This document shows, piece by piece, positions 30,501 through 42,500 of a DNA stretch of 49,247 bases. Source of the stretch: an uncultured Clostridia bacterium (lineage in GTDB: Bacteria > Bacillota > Clostridia > Christensenellales > UBA1242); NCBI GenBank assembly GCA_944383975.1, contig CALWRN010000051.1, forward strand, positions 1 to 49,247. The letters run 5' to 3'. Both the position numbers and the translations under genes were made by a program. The number at the start of each line of letters is the position of its first letter. Position 1 is the first letter of the stretch. Below the pieces are notes generated by a model. It made no database searches. It was not told the origin of the DNA and was given only the letters and a program-made list of their open reading frames with translations.

Positions 30501-33500
30501 CAGTGCTCCTAAAACAAGCAATATTACAGTTACAGTTTCTGACGGCAAAAATGTGATTAAAACTGTTAAAGGTGGTCAAGCCGAAAACTTAAAGGCTAGC
30601 TGGAACTTTAATAATATTGTTGCAACACAAACACAAACTGCTTTAACTAAAAAGGCAAGTGTTGGTGGATTTGATTTAGGATTAAATGAATTTACTAATA
30701 TTACTTATCCTGATAAAACTACAAATAAGTCTTATACTCTTGCTCATGACAGCATGAACTTTAATTTTAACAGCGCTGACAACACATTTAAGATTGTCAA
30801 TGCAAACAATCTTGCTGAAGTTTCTATGTCTGGAGATTATGTTCTTAATGTAAGTGTTACTTACAGCGATGGAGTTCAAAATCCACAAACAAGAACATTG
30901 ACTTATACATTAAAATTAACTATTGAAATTAATACTGTTGGTATCACAAAAGACAACAGTCACCTTACTTTCAATAATACAAATCAAGCAGGAAATGTTA
31001 CTGTTGATCTTTACCTTAACGGAGCTAAAAATGGAAGTTCACTACTCAGCAATCTTCCTTCAACAAACAACTCTGGTTCTGGAAGGGGATTCTATGTAAC
31101 TATAAATTCTACAAAAGGTTATACAACTATTAATCAAGCAGATACTTATACCGTTTCTGCACATATTGATAGTTCTCTCACAGGAGTTTATGCTCTTGAA
31201 AGTGGAAAGGAAAATATAACAGTTGTTGTTGATCAATTTGTTATTCTTCTTAAGAATTACCAAGATCAAATCAATCTTTCAAAAGTATTTGGTACTGCAG
31301 ACCCTTCTCCAATTAGCACTACTTTAACTATAAAAGAAAATGCTAATGACACTGTAAAGGTTGAGTTTACAAGAGATTTAGGAAGTGGAAGCGAGGCTAT
31401 CGGACAACATTTATTGACATTTAGCAAGATTTCTCTTGCTGAAGACGAAGCAAATTATGATGTTAATGCTGATGGATTTGAAGACTACTTTGAAATAACA
31501 GTTCCTGAAACAAAACTTCAAGTTAACCTTGGGGCAAAACTTACTTATACATATAATGGATATCAACTTACTAACTTAACAGTTGAATTTAATGGAACAA
31601 ATTATACATTAAAAGGCACTGCCGGAAGTCAAAATGTTGAAGTTAAGTTTGATATGTATTACATGGCTGGAACTTCAAGAGTTGAAATTCCTCAAGATCA
31701 AAAGGCTGTTTATGCTGGATATGTAACATTCGCAAGTGCAAATGCAAACAAAAAAGCTGGAACTTATGACTTTAATGTAAGCCTTTCAAGTTCTGCTCAA
31801 GGCGGATGGAGTGGTGTTGAAATTGTTAACACTGAAAATGCAAAAATTGTTGTAGAAAAAAGAACAATTACTCTCACTGGTGCAACAAAAACTTTTGATC
31901 AAACAAATCAATTTGTTTATAACAATACTTCTACTGCTGGAAATACAGCTACTCTTGTTATTGATAATATTGTTACAGTTGGTGATGTTACTGACCAAAT
32001 TCAAGTTTCTGGACAATTTGCTCAAGAATTTGCTGGACAACAAAATATAACAAACAAAAATCTTGATAATGTTGGCGATTATGAAAACTATATTCTTACA
32101 ATGACATCAGGATTAAAAATTCTTGTTAATCCTTCTACCGAACAAGTTGATGTTACTTCTTCTGTTAATAGTTTAGTTTATGGAACTATTACAAGTGGAA
32201 CAAGCATAAGTCAATTATTAGGATTCGTTCCTATTAGTTATAATGGTGGAAGAATAAACAACATTTATATTACTGCTGAAAGTTATAATATAACAGACAA
32301 ACAATTCTCAACAGGTAATTATCTTAATGTTAAGACTTGGGATTTTGTTTATACTATGTCTTCAACAAATTATACTTTTGGTGCTTCTGTTGGCAGTGTT
32401 GGACAAAAATATTCAAAAACTTATACTCTTTCTATTACAATTACACCTGTTGCAATAACTATTAATAATGCACAAGGTAAAACTATTACAAAACAATATG
32501 ATGGATATGCAAATGTTCTTGCTGGTTTTGTAAATCAAAATGTAAATGCTAGTGACGGATATTATACATCATCTGGTATTTTAACAGGAGATGTTATCAC
32601 CGTTGTAAGCGCTTCATATGAAAATGAAAAAATTGGAAATGGTAAAGTTGTAACTGCAACTTTAAGTGGCGACAACAATAACTATACAATTACACAAAAT
32701 ATTTACGGCAATATCACAAATGTTGCACTCATATTCAATAAATACCTTGAAACAATGGCATGGGTTGATGATGGAATTGATGAGTTTGGCAACGCTGATG
32801 CTCTTCATATCACATATACTGGTGATTTAGATGCTGTTATTAACACAATTATTGCAGTTTCTTCTCGCGCAACTAGAGTTGGTTATACTCAAACAGGTTG
32901 GACTTATAATGATGTCAATATGGCTTCTGTTGATTTTGACAAAGAATCATTCCTTCAAGATGCTGTTGACAATAAGTCTGTAGGTATTACTATTAACGCT
33001 GTTTGGGAAATAAACAAATATACAGTAACTGTTGATAGTGGTGCAAATACAGTTGTTTCTCATGATAGTGTTACTTTCCCTAAAGAAGTAAGTTATTGGG
33101 ATACAATCTCTGATATAAAAGTTAATGCAAATGAAGGTTATACTTTTGAAAATGTTACTTTAAATCCAAACAATGCAACATTGTCTATGACAGGTCAAGC
33201 AACAAACAAAGGAACATTCACATTAACTCACATAACAGGAAATTTAACTGCAACTATTGTTAGCGAAGAAATTACTGTTAGAATCATTATTGATTACAAC
33301 AATCCAGAAAGCTTTATTGTTGATACTAATAGTGCTGGCTGGACTGGTGGAATTAAAGATAGAGTATTAAAATACTCTGAACTTTCTTCTCAAGATTTGC
33401 CTGTTCTCTATGTTACTACTCCTAACACTTATGATTTTGATGAGTGGACAAATGTAACTGGAAACACAAGCCTTGGTGCAAATATTTGGGAAAGAATTAA

Positions 33501-36500
33501 AAATGCTGGATTTGATTTTGATTTCACACAAGATAACTTAACTGGTTATACATTCAAAGCAACTTGGACTGAAGCAGAACTTTCTATCACTTTAAATGTT
33601 GCAAATACTGCTGAAGTTACATTATATATGAATGATTTTAATGGTTCTAAATTATCTGCTCAAGCAGATGGAACTTATAAAATTCATTATAATGATACTG
33701 TTGCTGTAAAAGTAAATAGTGATGATTGGTATAAGTGGACAAATACTTCAATTGTAGGAAATGTTGTTTCTATTAGTGGTGATATTACTGCAAACAATCA
33801 AGCAAACAACAAGACTGATGGTCAATTTGTTCTTAATACTATTCACTCTTCTTTAACTATTACTATTACTATTGATGCAATTGATATCACATTCACAACT
33901 TCTTATACAAAACCTATTGGTGCTGATATTACTGAAGGTAGTGGAGATGTAAGTGGTGTTTATGATAAAGACAGCGGAAATACAACTCTTGGACAAGTAA
34001 TTCCTTACTATACTCCTGAAGTTGGAACATATACTCAAGATTATTGGGAAAATGGAGATAAACAATTTACTAGCGATAGCCCTGTAGAAGATGTTATTAC
34101 TTCATTATATGGAAGCATTCCTACAGAAGATATTTCTCTTGCACTTGTTGCACATTTTAAAGGTTTAACTTATACAGTTACTTTTGAAAAAGGTGTTCCA
34201 CAAGAAGGCAAGGAAGCTGAATTTATTGGCAACGATGCTGGTAAAGATGTTGTTACAAGACAATGGGTTTACGGAAGCATAATTTCTGATATCCCAGAAA
34301 TCTATGTTGAAGGACAAACTCATTCTTGGAGCAATGGTAGTGAAACTTATGCTAATGGAAGTCCTTTCATTACTGACTATCCTAACAAGAGTTGCACTAT
34401 GACAATTACTGCTGACTGGTCTAACATTAAATACAATGTTCAAGTTTTCTTTAGCAAAAACGGAAATGAAACTCAAATCATAAATGTTCTTGTTGACGGA
34501 AGTGAATATACTGAAGGTCAACCAATTCAAACAATCTTCAATACAAATAAAGCATTTAATTTCACATTACAAACAGGTTATGAAGTAGATGCTTTAAATA
34601 CAAGAATTTTAACTGATGATAGTTCTGGTCAAGGCGATTATACTAAAGCTAAGATTAATACTAGTGGAAATATTGTAACTATCAGTGAAATTCATGGAAA
34701 TATTACTGCTGAAGTTGTAATTAAAGCTAAAGACTATACAATTACTATTCAAAAAGATAATGCTGAAAATATTTCTCAAACAACATTTGATGTTTCTTAT
34801 GATCAATCTATGACAGACTTCTTTGACGGAGTTACTTTCGCACGTGATGGTTATTTGGTTGACTCATTAAAATCAGGAACGCAAAACTTTGCTGTTTCTT
34901 CAGATGGTGGAAATAGTTGGACTTTCAATGCTCCATTCGTTCAAAATGGTGTTTATAAAAACGATGGAAATCTTGTTTTGAAAGCATACTGGACTTCTCA
35001 AAAGACTTATGTTACTGCAACAACAACTCCTAACAATGGTCTCTATTTCAACGGTGCAAAACAAACTATTGCAAACAGCACTCTTAAAACTCTTAAAGGT
35101 GATGAGGCAGTTGTTAAAGGCGCTACCTTTGCAAACGGAGATAAAGTTGTAGATGTTTACTATATGCTTGACGGAACAAGATATGAAATTGAAGCAGACA
35201 ATTCTCTTCTTTATAGAAATGTTTTAGATAATAAAGATGTATATATTGTTGTTGCTCTTCATGATACTCTTTTAGATGGCAGTGATTCTATAACTTATAC
35301 AATTCAATCTGAACCTCAAAAAATCACTCTTTCTCCAAGTGATATCACATTTAATGATACTGTTCTTGAAACTTACTATAGTGGAACAGAAAACTTTAAC
35401 ATCACAGATAATTTCAGTGAGGGAACTTGGCACTATGCTGACGGAACTCAAATTACTGAATTGACTTATTCTAAAGTTGTTATTGTTGACGGAACAGGAT
35501 TATATGATGTTGGAAATAACTATACTGTTAAATATTACTTCAATGCAACTGGTGAATTTGATATTGCAAACTATACCGGTCTTACAGCAGAAGGATCTTA
35601 TTATACCTATACAACTTCTCAAGTTACAGGAACTATTATACAAACACCTGTCACAATAACAGTTTCTGGCATGGGATTTGAAAATGGTGAAAATCAAGAA
35701 GTTATTTCTTATGATATTTCTAAACCAGACTTTGTTTCTAAATTTGATGTTGAAATTACACAAATCTTAACTTCAGACAGTGTTGCAAATGTTTACAACA
35801 CTACTGATCAATTCAGCATTACTGGAACTGTTAAAAATGGTGAAAACGACAAAACCTCAAACTTCGTTTGGGTTATTGCCGGTTCATATACTATTGTTTC
35901 TAGTGATGAAGCTTATAAGGTAGTTACTGATGTTAAGTATTTTGATACAAAAGCTATTACAGATAAAGATGATATAAATATATCATTAATTAGATATAGT
36001 TATAATGGCGATACAAAGACGGTTAGTCTTGACAGAGATTTCTTCAACCTTGTTGTTAGTGATCAACTTATCTTCTCTGTTTCATCTAACGGAACAAATT
36101 CTCCATTAATTCAAGTTGCAATTGGTCAAACAATTACATTTACATTTGAAATTGATGGAACTATGGCTGTTCTTGCTTGGACAGAAAATCCTCAAGTTGA
36201 CTCATTATTATCAACATTAAACGTTATTGATGCTGAAGGAAGTCGTCAATACTCTCAAGAATTTACTGCAGAGACAACTGTTAATGCTGTTCTTACTGAC
36301 TATAAAGCTGTGCTTTTAAGTCTTGGTGATAAAGGTGGAGATCAAGGTTATATCTATGTTCAATTAAATGGTGCTACTGCTGAAGCAATTGTTCAAGATA
36401 GTTGGACTGGATTTGAATTTGCTAGATGGGATACTGATGGTAGTGGAGTTAGCGCTGAAGGAAATACTATTTCTGCAGCCGCTGATGCAAAGATTACTAC

Positions 36501-39500
36501 AACAACCATTACTGCTATTTGGAGATTGGTTGCCCCTACCGGTAATTCTAATGATGAAATCTTAAGAGATGCTAAATCTTCTTATGACGGATTGATTGAT
36601 CCTATAAACCTTATACATTTATTACCAAATGGTATTACTAATAAAAATAATGTTATTACCTATTCTTATAGTTGGCAAAAAGGAAACGAAGTCCTTCATT
36701 CTTCAGAAGATGGATTCACTGTTCTTGCCAATACAAACTCAAACGGAACTTACAAACTTGTTGTAACTGCAAGCCGTTCTGGTTATACATCACAATCTGA
36801 AGAGTTTGAATTTACTCTTACTATAAATAAACTTACAATCACAAATGCTACATTAAATACTGCTCAATTTACTTATGCAAATAAAGATTTTGTTCCTGAT
36901 ATTACTGTAACATTTGAAGGTGATAAGTTAGGATTTGACAGTGTTAACCTTGCAGACATGTTAAATCATAAAGACAACTTGCCTTACTACTTTACTTTGG
37001 CAGGAATTTCTACAACAGAAATTAAAAATGCAGGGGAATATACTCTTACATTAAATCTTGAACCTACAATCTTTAATAATTATGTTTACACTCCTACAGT
37101 TACTGTATTGCGTGCAGACTTAATTATTTCTCAAGATGATGTTGATGCTGAAGGATTAGATGAAAAAGCCTTCGGTGAAAATGATCCAATATTTAGTTTT
37201 GATAGAACAATGTTTGAAGATGGAAATCCTGAAGTTATCACTATTACATTAGTTAGAAATTCAGGAGAAGGCGTTGGTGAATATCTATTCAACTCTGTTT
37301 CTTCTTCTGCTGATGAAAACTTTAATGTTACACTTAATAGTGATGGAGTTATCTTTACTATTATTCCTTCAGACTTTACTCTTAACATTAAAGTTGATAA
37401 TGTAATTTCTATGGTATATAATGGCGGAATTCCTACATTTACTACAGAATATTCTGAAGAACAAGGTGCTTGGATTATTAAGGTTGAAGATACTTCTTCA
37501 ACAATGACATTGTCTTATACTGCTGATGACGGTGAACGCTATTTAACAGGTGAGTTATATAAACTTGCCCTCAACAATGTTTCTTTTGCAATGTCAACTG
37601 CAATAGATGTTGCAAGTTACTTTGGAGATAGCTTTGAAGTTACTGCAAGCGAAGGTTCAAACTTTAAAACATTCACTATGACAGGTCAATTTGATATTAC
37701 TCAAAGACCTCTTACTATAGAGAAGGTTGAAAAAGTATTTGATAGAAATAATGTAATTAATGCTCAAACAACTGTTGCATTTAGCAATTTAGTTCACAAT
37801 GATGATGTTGTTCTCAACGGAAATTATTCTCAAATAGTAGTTGGAGATCAAATTTCTCTAGAAAATCTTACATTGTCAGGTGCTGACGGCAATAACTACT
37901 ACATAGTAAACCATGACTTTAAGGGTGTTATCACACCTCTCGCAGTTTCTAATGTTGTAGTTGGCGTAAATGAAAGTGCACACATTTATGGTGAAATTAA
38001 TCAAAATACATTATTGCAATCATTTATTGATATAGTTCAAGGAGTTACACTTTCTATTGAAGGTGATACAAATGATTTAATTAATGGTTATGCAACCGTT
38101 TCTGGCTGGACTGTTGAAGAACAATATTTATCTTCTTCTTCAAATCTTAAAGTAGGAAGAGATGTTGTTAAAATTGTTATTTCTTCAGACAACTTCACAG
38201 GTCTTGCTGTTGATGGATATGAAGTTACATTAATCATTGATAAATTGGAACTTGACTTATCAACTGTTGCAATTGTTAAGAATTATGATGAAACAACCGA
38301 TATGCCTAAAGACCTTGATACTAATATAGACGACTATATTATTAGCGGTGATATTGTAAGCATTGATAAAGATGCAAGTAAATATGCCGATAGTGGTGTA
38401 GGAACTGCTATTAAAGTTACTTTGGTTTTGAAAGGCGATGATAGTGCAAACTATAAGGTTAAAGATAATGTAACTGGTATTATAAATGAATATTCAATTA
38501 CATTTATCGTTAATGCTAACACTGAAGACTTGGCTCTTGTAAGTGATGGGGCATTTGTTGATGATGGAGAAAGTCCTGTTATCACAGAATCTTCTTTCTC
38601 ATTCAAATATCCTGCAACTATGACTTCTGATGAAATTATTAAAGCAATGAGATTCCCTTCAAGAAAAGGATATACTCCTGTAGGTTGGAAATATCTAGAA
38701 GGTGATGAATATATTTCAATAACTTCTGATAATGTTGTTGCTTTATTAAAACAAATTGCTAATGACGAAACAAACACAACTTCTCAAATTACTATTTATA
38801 CAGTTTGGGAGATTGATAGATATGATATTACTGTAACTGGTAATAACATGGAAAGTTTTGAAGTAACAGGAACTAATGTTACTGGAACTAGCGAAACTGG
38901 TTATACTGTAAGATATTTCTCTGACATCACTATTTCTGTAGTTGGTGAAAGAGGATATAAAGTTAGAGCATACAACATTGCTCAAGGTGATAACAGAGGA
39001 AACGACCTTTCTGATGTAGGCAACAATACTGGCGTTGCATTTATTGAAAAGGTTGGTTCAAACGTTGATTTTGTTGTAACTTTTGATGAAATTGTAATAA
39101 CAATCAATATTGATGCAAATATTCCTGATTTCACTGAAAGAACAGATAAGTTAAGTTTAGTTTATAATTACAATTATTCTCAACTTGCTTCTTTGACTAA
39201 AGAAAATCTTCCTGCTTTAACTGTTACTGCTGGAACATATACTTTAACTGGATATAATTATAATAATGATGTTGCTATTAATAGTGAAACATTACAACAA
39301 ATCATTGACACACTATTCCCAGTGCTTTCAACTGATGTAGAAACAACATTCAAAGCTGTATGGACTGGTGAAAATTATAAGGTTACATTTGATCCACAAG
39401 GAGGCTCTCTTGTTGGAACAAATCCTATTAATGTAGTTTATGGAAGTGCATTTGAGGAAGCATTCCCAATAGCACACATATCTGGAAAAAGCAATCTTTG

Positions 39501-42500
39501 GTTTGCTCCAGACGGAACCTATTATGAAGATGGAGATGTATTCCATTCTATTGGAACTGTCAATACTGATGGTGGTTACAAGATTACTCTTACTGCAGAG
39601 TGGCATAATAACCCTTATGATTTAACTTTAGAGTTTAATGATAAACTTTCAATAACAACTTCTGAAGGTTATGTTGTAACTTCTGGAGATGAATTTGAAA
39701 TTATTTATGAAGAAACATCTCTTGTTATTATGGTTACACCTGATCAAGGTTACATCTTTGATGTTGTAAATAAAGATACATTCAATGGAGATGTCCTTGT
39801 TGAAGGAAATAAAGTTACTATTTCTAATCTTATTGAAGACGGAACATTAACTTTAACATCTCTTCCAGATGACAATACATTATCAATTTCTATTAACTAT
39901 ATTGATGGCTATAAAGTAAAAGTTGATGGCGTTCCTTACGAAAAAGAAGACTTATCAAGAATAATTGCCAAGACTGAAAGCGAAGTTGAAATCACATTTA
40001 CTGCTAAGAAAGGTTATGAGTTTGATGAAAAATCTGCTTACTTAACTGGTAATGGAGATATTGAGACATTAATCTCTGAAGATAAGAAGACTTTAACTGT
40101 TACTTGGAAAAACTTTGTTGATGATGCAACTCTTATAACAACAGGAGTTCCTTCTGACAATATCATCACAATCCCAGATATCAGTGATATGTTTGAATCT
40201 CTTTCACTAAATGGTCAAAATATTAATGTAAATGGTGATACTTTCACTATCAAGACTGCTCAAACTCTTACAATCATTGGAAGCCTTTGCTATGGTTATG
40301 AAAATGCAGTTATGACTTCTACTTTGCCTGAAGGAAGTATTGTAAGTCAACTCAACACTTGGGTAAATGCTGATAAAGCCTTCAGTTTCTCAGCTGTTGT
40401 TGATAATATTGATGAAAACTTTGAAATTAACTTTACAGTTGATGAAAGAACATACAACTTTGTTGTTGCTGTAACAGAAGGTCAAGAAGAATTTGGAACT
40501 ATTGTTTCTGATGCAAATGTAACTGCTCAATTTAATGATCAAATAACATTGCAAGAAAATACAATCCGTAACGATTATATCTTTGCTGGTTGGACAATTG
40601 CAGATACAATTCTTTCAGTTGATAGTCAATTTGTATTAAATATTGATAATTCAATTAAGAATTTACTTGAATCTTTTGAACATGACACAGAAATTTATAT
40701 TTACGCAACTTATAAAGAAAAGATATTCACTGTTACATTCACAACTGGAAACAAAGGTGAATATACATTCTCACAAGATGGAATAGATCCTGTAAGAGTT
40801 TATGGAACAAACACAGTTGTTAAAGATCTTAATCTTGGAAGTGACATTGTCATAACTCTTAAACCTGACGAAGGTTATGAATTTGATAAAGTTTTAATTG
40901 ATGATGAAGAAGCAACTGAAGATCAATTTACTTTCAATGAAGAAGACAATATAGTAACAATTCCTGTTCCTGTAAATGATCCTATGACTTCTATTCAAAT
41001 CACATTTAAAGCAAGTGAAGCATATGTTTCAGTTCAAGCTGGTGTGCAAATTAGCTACGATGTAAACTTAGGCTCTAACGAGGGTGGAAATGTTTATATT
41101 GCAAATGCACAAGGTGAAATATATGATGAAGAAAGTGGACTTTACCTTGATAATAATGGAACACTTATATTCGGTGCAGACTACAAGTTTATGAGCTATA
41201 CTGATGAAACTATTTATTTCGTCGCTGTTCCTAAGAGTGGATTTACAGCAATGATGAAATGTTTGAACAACCAAGTTATCATGAGAGAATTTGATGTTGG
41301 TGATGTTCATGTTTATTCATTCAGTGGCGTTAGAGATGGAATGCAAGTTCAAGCAATCTTTACTGCAAAAGAAAACAGTGTTGAACTTAAATATGTTGTT
41401 GAAGGTTCAACAGATGTTGTAATTGGTGGTAAAATTGTTGTTGATACTTCTTCAGCATTTGTATCTGCAAGCAGTAACAGCACTCAAAATGTTACTGTTG
41501 GAATAATCACTGGTGCAGATCTTATCTTTACAGCAAATTCTGGAATTGCATACAATCTTGTTGCAAACGAAGATGGAACTTTAAAATATAACATTGTTTA
41601 CCAAGATGAAGATACTTTTGAAGGTGTCATTACTGCTGGTCAAGTAAATGAAGCTGATATAATTACTACTGGATACTCAAATACTGCCGAGTTTAGTATT
41701 ACCGGTGTTAACACAAGCGCAATCATCTATATTTATGTTCAACCTAAGACATATAACTTAAGGTTCTATGTAAATGAAAATCAATCTGTTGTTTTGAATA
41801 ATGCTCTTATCTATGGCGAAGAGTTCTCAATCGCAGGTTTATCAGATGAAGAACGCAGTGTTATCTTCCAAGAACGTAGTGGATTTACTCTTGGTGGTTA
41901 CTTCACAAAACAACTTGGACAAGGAAAACAATATCTTGATAAAGATGGCAATATCTTAAGCAATTGGCTTGAAGATGGCTATACTTATAATGGTTTAATT
42001 TATGAACCTGACACAAACTTCAGTGTTTCTGAAAATACATTCACAATTTATGCTGCTTGGATTTACAATAAATCTTCAATTACAATCAACTTCATTCCTG
42101 ATGGTTTTGATAACAAACTTTCAACCGTTGAAATTGATGATATTATTGTAAATATTAATACAACTACAGTATGGACATCGCAAGATAATAAGTGGTATGC
42201 AGAAGTTATTTCTGGAACATCTCTTAAAATTCAAGCGTATGAATATGAAGGTTATGAATTCAAATATTGGCTTATATCTGTTGATGGTGGTGAGCCTGTA
42301 GTTAAGGCTTCAACATTTGAAATGTCTTTCCCTCAAGGAAAATATGTTATAGAAGCTGTTTACTATCCTAAGTTCTCTATTGAAATAGAAAATCTACAAA
42401 ATGGATTGGCTATTGGTGGAACAAGTTCATTAATTCAAAATGGCGTTCCTGTTACAGGTTTAAGTTATGACCCAGCACAACAAATTACATTAGAGGCTGT

